Notes under the pieces: model-generated
What the model saw: the letters and a program-made list of their open reading frames with translations, nothing else
Databases searched by the model: none
Told to the model about the DNA's origin: nothing
NCBI RefSeq assembly: GCF_050320075.1
Contig: NZ_CP190021.1
DNA length: 64,000 bases
Source of the DNA: Escherichia coli
GTDB taxonomy: Bacteria > Pseudomonadota > Gammaproteobacteria > Enterobacterales > Enterobacteriaceae
Strand: one strand, 5' to 3'
Made by a program: the position numbers and the translations under genes
Shown here: piece after piece, positions 1-8,316 of the stretch
Numbering within the stretch: the first letter of the stretch is position 1
How the letters are laid out: the number at the start of each line of letters is the position of its first letter

Positions 1-98
1 TAACGAAGTGTGAACCAGAAACCACCCGCAAAGCAAGCCGTAAATCTGTAAAAACGCAGGAAACTGTCCTGTCTGCCCTGCTGGCGCAGACGGAGGAA

Positions 99-1952
99 GT
101 GAGCGTGCCGCTGGCCTCGCTGATTAAATCACCGCTGAATGTGCGCACGGTGCCGTATTCTGCGGAGTCCGTCAGCGAACTGGCGGAGTCCATTAAGGGC
201 GTCGGACTGCTGCAGAATCTGGTCGTGCATACCCTGCCTGGTGACCGTTACGGTGTCGCCGCAGGTGGTCGCCGACTGGCTGCACTCAACATGCTGGCAG
301 AGCGTGGCATCATTCCGGCTGACTGGCCTGTACGCGTGAAGGTTATTCCGCAGGAGCTGGCGACGGCTGCATCAATGACTGAAAACGGTCATCGTCGGGA
401 TATGCACCCTGCCGAACAGATTGCCGGATTCCGTGCGATGGCGCAGGAAGGCAAAACGCCTGCACAAATCGGTGATTTGCTGGGCTATTCGCCCCGCCAC
501 GTTCAGCGAATGCTGAAACTGGCAGACCTTGCGCCTGTCATCCTCGATGCGCTGGCAGAAGACCGCATCACCACAGAGCACTGTCAGGCGCTGGCGCTGG
601 AGAACGACACCGCGCGTCAGGTGCAGGTGTTTGAAGCCGCCTGCCAGTCGGGATGGGGCGGTAAACCGGAAGTACAGACCATTCGTCGTCTGGTGACCGA
701 AAGTGAAGTGGCGGTGGCAGGTAACAGTAAATTCCGCTTCGTGGGGGCTGATGCTTTCTCACCTGACGAACTGCGTACTGATTTGTTCAGCGATGACGGG
801 GACGGTTATGTCGACCGCGTGGCGCTCGATGCTGCCCTGCTGGAAAAACTCCAGGCTGTCGCTGAACACCTTCGGGAAGCCGAAGGCTGGGAATGGTGCG
901 CCGGACGCATGGAGCCTGTCGGTGAGTGCCGTGAGGATGCCGGAACATACCGCTGTCTGCCGGAGCCGGAAGCGGTGCTGACGGAGGCAGAAGAAGAACG
1001 CCTGAACGAACTGATGACGCGTTACGACGCGCTGGAAAACCAGTGTGAGGAATCCGACCTGCTGGAAGCAGAAATGAAGCTGATGCGCTGCATGGCGAAG
1101 GTCAGGGCGTGGACGCCGGAGATGCGTGCCGGAAGTGGCGTGGTGGTGTCCTGGCGTTATGGAAACGTATGTGTCCAGCGTGGTGTGCAGTTGCGCAGTG
1201 AAGATGACGCGACTGATGACGCTGACCGCACGGAACAGGTGCAGGAGAAAGCGTCAGTGGAGGAAATCAGTCTGCCGTTGCTGACGAAAATGTCTTCCGA
1301 ACGCACGCTGGCAGTCCAGGCAGCACTGATGCAGCAACCGGACAAATCTCTGGCACTGCTGGCATGGACGCTCTGCCTGAATGTGTTTGACAGCGGAGCG
1401 TACAGTAAACCAGCACAAATCAGCCTGGAATGTAAACATTATTCGCTGACCAGCGATGCGCCGTCAGGGAAGGAAGGTGCCGCATTCCTGGCGCTGATGG
1501 CAGAAAAAGCCCGTCTTGCGGCCCTGTTACCGGAGGGATGGTCACGGGACATGACGACGTTCCTGTCACTCAGTCAGGAGGTGCTGTTATCCCTGCTCAG
1601 TTTCTGCACCGCATGCAGCCTTAACGGTGTCCAGACCCGCGAGTGTGGTCGCACGTCACGCAGTCCGCTTGACTCACTGGAGAGCGCCATCGGTTTTCAC
1701 ATGCGCGACTGGTGGCAGCCGACGAAAGCAAACTTCTTCGGACACCTGAAAAAGCCGCAGATTATCGCAGCCCTGAATGATGCCGGACTGTCCGGTGCCG
1801 CACGGGACGCAGAGAAGATGAAGAAAGGCGATGCCGCTGAACATGCAGAGTTCCATATGAAAGACAACCGCTGGGTGCCTGGCTGGATGTGTTCACCACG
1901 TCCACAGACGGATGCCACTGAACGCGCCGATAACCTGGCTGATGCCGCCTGA
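99..1952 (+). CDS. ParB-like nuclease domain protein of the plasmid leading region; the frame is open to the window start, so the 5' end may lie outside the window
   Basis: 617-aa ORF with ParB N-terminal-like motif GGRRLAALNM and HTH-like segment; sits immediately upstream of psiB as in F/IncI leading regions; no stop codon upstream in frame back to position 3. Confidence 0.75.
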   Translation: MSVPLASLIKSPLNVRTVPYSAESVSELAESIKGVGLLQNLVVHTLPGDRYGVAAGGRRLAALNMLAERGIIPADWPVRVKVIPQELATAASMTENGHRRDMHPAEQIAGFRAMAQEGKTPAQIGDLLGYSPRHVQRMLKLADLAPVILDALAEDRITTEHCQALALENDTARQVQVFEAACQSGWGGKPEVQTIRRLVTESEVAVAGNSKFRFVGADAFSPDELRTDLFSDDGDGYVDRVALDAALLEKLQAVAEHLREAEGWEWCAGRMEPVGECREDAGTYRCLPEPEAVLTEAEEERLNELMTRYDALENQCEESDLLEAEMKLMRCMAKVRAWTPEMRAGSGVVVSWRYGNVCVQRGVQLRSEDDATDDADRTEQVQEKASVEEISLPLLTKMSSERTLAVQAALMQQPDKSLALLAWTLCLNVFDSGAYSKPAQISLECKHYSLTSDAPSGKEGAAFLALMAEKARLAALLPEGWSRDMTTFLSLSQEVLLSLLSFCTACSLNGVQTRECGRTSRSPLDSLESAIGFHMRDWWQPTKANFFGHLKKPQIIAALNDAGLSGAARDAEKMKKGDAAEHAEFHMKDNRWVPGWMCSPRPQTDATERADNLADAA

Positions 1953-2003
1953 TGAACAACCACACCGCCCCGCCGGAGACGGGGCGGCAGAGGGAGAAAT
2001 ACG

Positions 2004-2441
2004 ATGATGAATACCGAACTGACACTGAATGCCCTGCAGTCCATGAATGCCCAGGAATATGAAGAAATCCGTGCTGCGGGAAGCGATATGCGCCGTAATC
2101 TCACTCACGAGGTGATGCGTAAAGTGGACGCACCGGCTAACTGGATGATGAACGGAGAGTATGGCAGCGAGTTCGGGGGCTTTTTCCCCGTCCAGGTTCG
2201 TTTCACGCCAGCCCACGAACGTTTCCACCTGGCATTATGTTCGCCGGGAGACGTCTCTCAGCTCTGGATGCTGGTTCTGGTGAATGGTGGTGGACAGCCT
2301 TTCGCCGTCGTTCAGGTGCAACATATCTTCACGCCTGCCGCGATCAGTCACACGCTGGCGCTTGCCGCGACACTGGATGCGCAGGGATACAGTGTTAACG
2401 ACATCATCCATATCCTGATGGCAGAAGGAGGTCAGGCATGA
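2004..2441 (+). CDS. psiB: plasmid SOS inhibition protein PsiB
   Basis: 145-aa product closely matches recalled PsiB sequence ([40 protein letters not shown]); correct size and position. Confidence 0.9.
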   Translation: MMNTELTLNALQSMNAQEYEEIRAAGSDMRRNLTHEVMRKVDAPANWMMNGEYGSEFGGFFPVQVRFTPAHERFHLALCSPGDVSQLWMLVLVNGGGQPFAVVQVQHIFTPAAISHTLALAATLDAQGYSVNDIIHILMAEGGQA

Positions 2442-3157
2442 GCGCACGTTCACGGGCACTGATCCCCCTCAGCGCAGAACAACAGGCCGCCATGCAGGCG
2501 GTGGCTGTCACAGAACAACGTCGTCGTCAGGGACGCACACTTTCAGCATGGCCTTATGCCACCGCTTTCTTTCGCTGCCTGAATGGCAGTCGCCGGATTT
2601 CGCTGACCGATCTCCGCTTTTTTGCCCCTGCGCTGACGAAGGAGGAATTTCATGGCAACCGTCTCCTGTGGCTGGCTGCCGTGGATAAACTGATTGAAAG
2701 TTTTGGGGAAGTCTGTGTTCTTCCCCTGCCATCCGATGCGGGGCACCGTCTGTTCCCGTCCGTGCCTTTTCGTGAAGGTGAGCGTCGTCGTCAGAAAACC
2801 ACGCTGACAGAGCAGAAATACAGCCGCCAGCGGGAACGTGAGGCAGAACGACGGGAACTGGAATACCAGACATGTTTTGCTCAGGCGCAGATTGACCTTG
2901 CGTTTCATACTCCCGCCACGGTCGGAAGCTGGTTGTCCCGCTGGTCTGGTGTTGTTGAGGAGCATGATCTGGAAACGATTTTCTGGGGGTGGTGCGGGCG
3001 TTTTCCATCACTGTCATCATTTGACCGGTTTTTCTGGCAGGAGGAACCACTCTGGCGGCTGATTTTTGAAGCCGGTGAGGCCGGTCGTGGTGCACCGGTA
3101 CAGGTACGTGCACTTGAGCAGTGGATGATCCCGAACAAGCTGGAGAACGTAATATGA
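2438..3157 (+). CDS. psiA: PsiA protein
   Basis: 239 aa, start overlaps psiB stop (coupled), typical psiB-psiA arrangement and size. Confidence 0.8.
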   Translation: MSARSRALIPLSAEQQAAMQAVAVTEQRRRQGRTLSAWPYATAFFRCLNGSRRISLTDLRFFAPALTKEEFHGNRLLWLAAVDKLIESFGEVCVLPLPSDAGHRLFPSVPFREGERRRQKTTLTEQKYSRQREREAERRELEYQTCFAQAQIDLAFHTPATVGSWLSRWSGVVEEHDLETIFWGWCGRFPSLSSFDRFFWQEEPLWRLIFEAGEAGRGAPVQVRALEQWMIPNKLENVI

Positions 3158-3750
3158 TGAAATCAGACGAAAAATACCAGGTTCCCGCGTGGATGCGACC
3201 TCTGTTGCCGTTGCTCTGCAACACCGGGGGGAACGATCCGGAAGAACTGCTGAATGATACAGAAACCACTGCCAGTGCGAATGTTGTCCGTTATGTACTG
3301 ATAGTTGCTGTGCGGTCGCAGGTTGATCTGCTGCAGCTTCTGTACAGGAAAGGGCTGTTGCGCACAGAGATACCAGGTGGCTTTTCACCGGAAGAAGCGC
3401 AGGCACTCCTGGATAATCTGGTGCGCAGCCATATCAGCAAGGCGCTGTCGGGCGAGCGAATGGCAGCCCGTGACAGAAATGCCGATCTGGCCTGGATTGG
3501 ACAGCAACTGGTCGATGACGCCTGGTTTGTCCGTGCCACACTGGAAGCGCATGGGATGAGCGTCGGAAATGAGAGTCCCCCTGCTCCGCCGGAGACAATG
3601 CCGGACATACAGACACGGGAACTGGTGATGTTGATCAAGCGACTGGCATCATCGCTGAAAGCGGTGAAACCGGACAGTTGTGTGGTGCGTGAAGCGCAGG
3701 ACTGGCTGCGCGACAGAAAACTTGTGGATATCACAGATATTCTCCGGTGA
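3154..3750 (+). CDS. hypothetical leading-region protein, translationally coupled to psiA
   Basis: ATGA overlap with psiA stop at 3154-3157; GGAG RBS upstream; 198 aa; no recognisable motif. Confidence 0.55.
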   Translation: MMKSDEKYQVPAWMRPLLPLLCNTGGNDPEELLNDTETTASANVVRYVLIVAVRSQVDLLQLLYRKGLLRTEIPGGFSPEEAQALLDNLVRSHISKALSGERMAARDRNADLAWIGQQLVDDAWFVRATLEAHGMSVGNESPPAPPETMPDIQTRELVMLIKRLASSLKAVKPDSCVVREAQDWLRDRKLVDITDILR

Positions 3751-4211
3751 ACCAGGCATGTATATTTTACGCAGGGACACGCCGATCATGATCGTTTCAT
3801 ATCAGGGGTGGTCTGGAGGTCATGCGGCGTGTCCTCTGCACTCGCCGGAATAAGGAAGTCGCCGGCGGCTCCGCTTTTACCCGGCCATGCGGGGCATGGC
3901 CTTGTGGGGTTTCAGCTCTGTGGCCTCAGCGTCGTGTGCGGGCTGTGCCGTGCCTCCATCTTAGCCGGGCTGGCAGGGATGCAAGGGTACGCTTCGCCGC
4001 TGCGGTCACCCGGTCCCTCCTTCCCGTCTGCCGTGATTTTCCGGTCGTTCGTCCGCTCAGGTTTCGCGGCCTCACCCTGCAACTCCCGTCAGCCGTGTGC
4101 GTCAGGCTGCGGCTTCCCTTGCGCCCCTGCATCCCCGCCTTATCGCCCGGCTTTTATGGAGGCACGGCACCGCCCGGTGTCGCAGAACATGTGACTATGG
4201 AGGATTCGGGA

Positions 4212-4712
4212 ATGTCTGTTGTTGCACCTGCTGTATACGTTGGAACCTGGCACAAATACAACTGTGGAAGCATCGCCGGACGCTGGTTTGACCTGACCAC
4301 GTTTGATGATGAGCGCGACTTTTTCGCCGCCTGCCGTGCTCTTCACCAGGATGAAGCCGATCCTGAACTGATGTTTCAGGATTATGAGGGATTCCCGGGG
4401 AATATGGCCTCTGAATGCCATATCAACTGGGCCTGGGTTGAAGGCTTCCGCCTGGCACGGGATGAAGGCTGCGAAGAGGCTTATCGTCTCTGGGTGGAGG
4501 ATACCGGTGAGACGGATTTTGACACCTTCCGCGATGCCTGGTGGGGCGAGGCTGACAGTGAGGAGGCTTTTGCGGTTGAGTTCGCCAGTGATACCGGCCT
4601 GCTGGCTGACGTGCCGGAGACGGTGGCGCTCTATTTTGACTATGAGGCGTATGCGCGGGATTTATTCCTGGACTCCTTCACCTTTATTGACGGTCATGTG
4701 TTCCGTCGGTGA
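4212..4712 (+). CDS. ardA: antirestriction protein ArdA (166 aa, acidic DNA-mimic family)
   Basis: Start at ATG 4212 after GGAGGA RBS; sequence [36 protein letters not shown] and acidic composition match ArdA; the longer track ORF 3822-4712 is an Arg/Pro-rich artefact of the GC-rich leader. Confidence 0.85.
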   Translation: MSVVAPAVYVGTWHKYNCGSIAGRWFDLTTFDDERDFFAACRALHQDEADPELMFQDYEGFPGNMASECHINWAWVEGFRLARDEGCEEAYRLWVEDTGETDFDTFRDAWWGEADSEEAFAVEFASDTGLLADVPETVALYFDYEAYARDLFLDSFTFIDGHVFRR

Positions 4713-5078
4713 TTTACTCCCCCGCTCCGGCGGGGGTATGGCCTGCCAGGCCGCCGGAAAACCCTGGCAGGCTTACGCCTGCCTGAAATGCAGGAGGGCC
4801 GCGCCTGCGGCGCTGCCCTTCCTGCCCGTCATGGTGTGAGGCATTTTTCTGTTATGTCGTTTCTGTTGTTCTGATTTCCGGAGGCGGGGACACCTTCGGC
4901 TCCCGGCTGCCTGGCGGCATCCGGTCGTCAGGCCCGACTCCGACAGGCAGCTGCTGGCGCACCCGCCAGTCTCCGCCGAACCCGCTGGCGCGGTTTCGGG
5001 CTGCCGCTACGGTCCGATGTCTGAAAAACCAGGCTTGCAGCGACCGTTCCGGTCGCGCCGCCCCTGTCGCGCCGGAAA

Positions 5079-5395
5079 CGGCGCTCCCTGCACACCTGAC
5101 GGTGTGTAAGGCCACTGCGCCTGATGGCGCAGTCAACCCTTCCGCCGCCACCCCTGCGGCCTGTTTCCCGCTGTGGACTTTCCGGGGGCTGGAGTAACCA
5201 CATCCCGTTTCAGCAGTCCAGGGGAAGATATACCGTCCACAAAATTTTTAGCCATAAACCCGGCAAAAAATTTTGCGTCCGCCCCCGGACAGCTGCCCCG
5301 TGACGTGGTGACGGACGCCCCATCGGAAAGGTCCACTGCGGGGAGAAACCCCGAAGAAGTGGACGGCAGAAGGGGCTTTCGCCCCTCCGGGGAGC
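5079..5395 (-). promoter_or_regulatory. conserved structured non-coding element, copy 1 (candidate single-strand promoter / ssi-type element of the transferred strand)
   Basis: About 320 bp that align at roughly 80 percent identity with 7957-8275; frameshifting indels between copies argue against coding; lies directly upstream of ORF 5441. Confidence 0.5.
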
Positions 5396-5440
5396 AACCG
5401 GTCGGCCCGGCGACCTGATTCAGCAGAAGGAGACGTTTTC

Positions 5441-5875
5441 ATGACAGTCAGCAGCACGATTTCCGTTTTTTGCCGCGACGGGGTGTTCCGTACCGTTTAC
5501 TGCCACCTGCACGGGGAGCCGACCTGGAACGGTCGCATCCTGCATACCCACTATGCCACCGGTCAGCAGGCCGAAGCCCTGGTTGAACACGGTGATATCC
5601 GTTGCCTCGGTCCCCGTTGCGACAAACCCGCCGGGCATACGCTTCAGAACCCGGTGGACGGTGTGACGGCTTATTACGGACGTGACAGTGGTTTCCGGAT
5701 GGACAGTGAGGCGCGTGAGTACCGTTCTTTCAGGGAGGCTATTGCCACTGAAAGCACTGAAGAGGTGCGCTTCCATTATGTGTTCATCGACGGCTACTGG
5801 AAGGTGATGTACCGCACGCCGGAAGGCTGGAAGATGAAAGCGCTCGCGCTGGCACTGCGTCGCTGTCCGAAATGA
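5441..5875 (+). CDS. hypothetical protein (144 aa), first gene downstream of conserved element copy 1
   Basis: ORF with AGGAGA RBS (aagGAGAcgttttcATG); Cys/His-containing, no recognisable family. Confidence 0.6.
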   Translation: MTVSSTISVFCRDGVFRTVYCHLHGEPTWNGRILHTHYATGQQAEALVEHGDIRCLGPRCDKPAGHTLQNPVDGVTAYYGRDSGFRMDSEAREYRSFREAIATESTEEVRFHYVFIDGYWKVMYRTPEGWKMKALALALRRCPK

Positions 5876-5968
5876 AAAAAAGGCAGGGCGATAAACCCTG
5901 CCTCTCTCCGCCGGCGCTTCCCCGCCAGGAAGTCCGGCATCTCAATCACTATCTATGGAGATTATGCC

Positions 5969-6235
5969 ATGAGACCATCAATTATCTTCGCAACCGCCGA
6001 GTATGTAAAGCGTCTGCGTGAAGAGTGCCTGCGGGAGAATAAACCCCTGCACCGCCATACCCGCTTCAGACGTCAGGAGCTGGCACAGGATGAGATTAAC
6101 CCGGACGTCCTGGCGATGAGCGGCCATATCGCCAGACGCTGCAGTGAGCAGAAGCGGGTGCGTATCCCCGCTATGAAAGTCAGCGAATGGGGCCACCTGC
6201 TCCGCGCGCTTGAAATTGAGCGGGTCTGCCACTGA
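5969..6235 (+). CDS. hypothetical small basic protein (88 aa)
   Basis: ORF with GGAG RBS 9 nt upstream; Arg-rich; co-oriented directly after ORF 5441. Confidence 0.45.
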   Translation: MRPSIIFATAEYVKRLREECLRENKPLHRHTRFRRQELAQDEINPDVLAMSGHIARRCSEQKRVRIPAMKVSEWGHLLRALEIERVCH

Positions 6236-6299
6236 TTAACCCTTGCCGTCTGCCTGTGCAGGCGGCAGGATACGTTCAGACATCTCACCAGGAGGAACC

Positions 6300-7238
6300 G
6301 TGAGTCAGAAGAAAACCACCACGACGCCCACGCCGCATGATGCCGCGTTCCGGTCGTTCCTGGCGAATCCCGACGTCGCCAGAGATTTTCTGGAACTGCA
6401 TCTTCCGGCGGAGTACCGGCAGTTGTGCGACCTGTCCACGCTGAAGCTGGAACCCGCCACCTTTGTTGAGCCGGACCTGCATCAGTACGCCAGCGATATC
6501 CTCTGGAGTGTGAAAACCACCGGGGGTGAAGATGGCTATGTTTATACGCTCATCGAGCACCAGAGCACCGAAAATCTGTACATGCCTTTCCGCATGTTAC
6601 GTTACAGTGTGGCGGCGATGCAGAGACATCTGGAGCAGCACAAAACGTTGCCACTGGTGATTCCTGTACTGTTCTATCATGGTGAGCGCAGCCCGTACCC
6701 GTACAGCATGAACTGGCTGGACTGTTTTGAGAATCCGGCACTTGCGGCTAAAATATACACAAAGCCGTTTCCGCTGGTTGATATCACTGTCGTTGATGAC
6801 AATGAAATCATGAACCATCGCCGGATGGCCGCACTGACGCTGCTGATGAAGCATATCCGCCATCGTGACATGATGGAGCTGCTGGACAAACTCCCGCAGG
6901 TCATGGTGGAAATTTCAGACGAGCAGGTGCGTGTTCTGATTCATTACATCGTTAACGCAGGGGACTCTGTATCACCGGAATTTATGCGGGCGCTGGCTGA
7001 GCGTCTGCCGCAGCATGAGGATAAACTGATGACTATCGCAGAACGTCTTGAGCAAAAAGGTCGCCAGGAGGGCAGGATGGAAGGACGCATGGAAGGACGC
7101 ATGGAAGGACGCATGGAAGGAGCGCTTGAAAAAGCCCTGGCTATTGCGTGCCAGCTTCAGAAAATGGGGATGACGCCGGAGCAGATTAAGCAGGCTACCG
7201 GACTTTCCGATGACGAACTGAAGAAAATCACTCACTGA
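6300..7238 (+). CDS. Rpn-family (YhgA-like, PD-(D/E)XK) recombination-promoting nuclease / putative transposase
   Basis: GTG start after AGGAGG RBS; N-terminal HDAAFRSFL..ARDFL and core motifs typical of Rpn/YhgA proteins; C-terminal tail domain after a GRME tandem repeat. Confidence 0.8.
   Translation: MSQKKTTTTPTPHDAAFRSFLANPDVARDFLELHLPAEYRQLCDLSTLKLEPATFVEPDLHQYASDILWSVKTTGGEDGYVYTLIEHQSTENLYMPFRMLRYSVAAMQRHLEQHKTLPLVIPVLFYHGERSPYPYSMNWLDCFENPALAAKIYTKPFPLVDITVVDDNEIMNHRRMAALTLLMKHIRHRDMMELLDKLPQVMVEISDEQVRVLIHYIVNAGDSVSPEFMRALAERLPQHEDKLMTIAERLEQKGRQEGRMEGRMEGRMEGRMEGALEKALAIACQLQKMGMTPEQIKQATGLSDDELKKITH
7071..7118 (+). repeat. in-frame 12-bp tandem repeat x4 (ggacgcatggaa) encoding (GRME)4 in the Rpn linker
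   Basis: Three perfect units plus one imperfect unit read directly from sequence. Confidence 0.9.
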
Positions 7239-7249
7239 GTAAACATCAC

Positions 7250-7276
7250 AGCCCGGCAAAATGCCGGGCTTTTTTG
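7250..7276 (+). terminator. Rho-independent terminator after the Rpn gene
   Basis: Hairpin agcccggc-aaaat-gccgggct followed by a T-run. Confidence 0.7.
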
Positions 7277-7299
7277 TCAGCAGGAGCAGAGCAAATAGC

Positions 7300-7458
7300 A
7301 TGACGATTGCAGAACGTCTTATTCAAAAAGGCGCACTTGAAGTGGCGCGGGAAATAGCCTGCCGGCTGCGGGATATGGGCTGGACGCCGGAACGGATTCA
7401 GGAGGCAACCGGACTTTCCGGTGAAGAACTGAAAAAGCTGTTTCCTGATGAGCAGTAG
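7300..7458 (+). CDS. free-standing Rpn C-terminal tail-like small protein (52 aa)
   Basis: MTIAERLIQKG..GWTPERIQEATGLSGEELKKL parallels the Rpn tail MTIAERLEQKG..GMTPEQIKQATGLSDDELKKI; GGAG RBS upstream. Confidence 0.6.
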   Translation: MTIAERLIQKGALEVAREIACRLRDMGWTPERIQEATGLSGEELKKLFPDEQ

Positions 7459-7488
7459 CCTGGCATTCAGCCAGGCTGTGAATCACGC

Positions 7489-7740
7489 TCACACATCCTC
7501 TGCCGTTTCCCCCAGTTCATTTTCCAGTCGCCTGATGATATCTGCCTTACGCATCCCCTGCATGTGAGGCAGCAGGTCACGGACTGAAAGTGCCTGGGTG
7601 GTCCTCCAGACGGTGACGTCCACCTGTTCCGCATTTTCCCAGGCGTGCCATGTTCTCTGCGTCACGCCAAATTCTCTGGCCGCTTTTTCGCGTGACCAGA
7701 GCATGCTTTTTCGCCAGATTCGCAGTTCCCAGCCGGTCAT
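7489..7740 (-). CDS. small HTH DNA-binding regulator (83 aa)
   Basis: HTH-like segment REKAAREFGVTQRTWHAWE; promoter region carries twin palindromes. Confidence 0.6.
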   Translation of the reverse strand: MTGWELRIWRKSMLWSREKAAREFGVTQRTWHAWENAEQVDVTVWRTTQALSVRDLLPHMQGMRKADIIRRLENELGETAEDV

Positions 7741-7754
7741 AAAACACCTTTGAA

Positions 7755-7775
7755 AAAGTGAAAAAACTTCACTTT
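7755..7775. promoter_or_regulatory. palindromic operator-like site AAAGTGAA-N5-TTCACTTT (copy 1)
   Basis: Perfect 8-5-8 inverted repeat just upstream of the HTH gene start. Confidence 0.6.
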
Positions 7776-7821
7776 ATTTTATCATCACAATTGCCAAATC
7801 AGCGCGATAAATAAGTGTAAA

Positions 7822-7842
7822 AAAGTGAAGAAATTTCACTTT
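7822..7842. promoter_or_regulatory. palindromic operator-like site AAAGTGAA-N5-TTCACTTT (copy 2)
   Basis: Second identical 8-5-8 inverted repeat 67 bp from copy 1. Confidence 0.6.
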
Positions 7843-7956
7843 TTTTGCTTGTAAATGTCGTGCGGTTTTCTCTGTTTTCACCTGTGCGGGAGTGGTGTGC
7901 CAGTGACCACCACATGCCATTGTTGTGCCGTCGTTTTTCTTCAGTCGCGCCGTATG

Positions 7957-8275
7957 CGGCGCTCCCTGCACACCTTACGGTGTGTAAGGCCACTGCGCCT
8001 GATGGCGCAGCTGTCTCTGCCTGTCTGCCGCCGCACTGCGGCCTGTTCTCCGCAGACGGACTTTCCGGGGGTACATACATGACCACATCCCGTTTCAGTC
8101 GTCCAGGGGGGAGATGTACCAGCCACAAAACTTTTTGCCGCAGGCGTCAAAAACTTTTGCGTCTGCCCCCGGACAACTGCCCCGTGACGTGGTGAGCGTC
8201 CCCCGTCGGAAAGGTCCACTGCGGGGAAATCCCCGAAGACCCGGACGGCAGAAGGAGCTTCGCTCCTCCGGGAAA
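7957..8275 (-). promoter_or_regulatory. conserved structured non-coding element, copy 2
   Basis: Homologous to 5079-5395; directly upstream of ORF 8317. Confidence 0.5.
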
Positions 8276-8316
8276 TGACCTGGCTGTCCCGGCAGTCGTG
8301 ACGATGAGGAGACAAT

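Noticed and set aside
3822-4211. Long N-terminal extension of the ardA ORF (296-aa track ORF) and the overlapping ORF 3808-4194
   Set aside because: Translation is Arg/Pro/Cys-rich low-complexity sequence from GC-rich DNA; ArdA has a proper RBS and start at 4212.
5173-5418. ORFs inside the conserved leading-region elements (5173-5418 and 7845-8195)
   Set aside because: The two DNA copies are homologous but indels shift the frame between them, so the conservation is at the nucleotide level, not protein.
5881-5903. Hairpin aggcaggg-cgataaa-ccctgcct after ORF 5441 as a terminator
   Set aside because: No T-run follows on the + strand, so it is unlikely to be an efficient intrinsic terminator.
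7071-7118. Tandem 12-bp repeats and the 32-bp direct repeats at 18458 and 18646 as possible CRISPR arrays
   Set aside because: The 12-bp array is in-frame coding sequence with no spacers; the 32-bp repeat has only two copies 188 bp apart and no cas genes. No CRISPR array is present.
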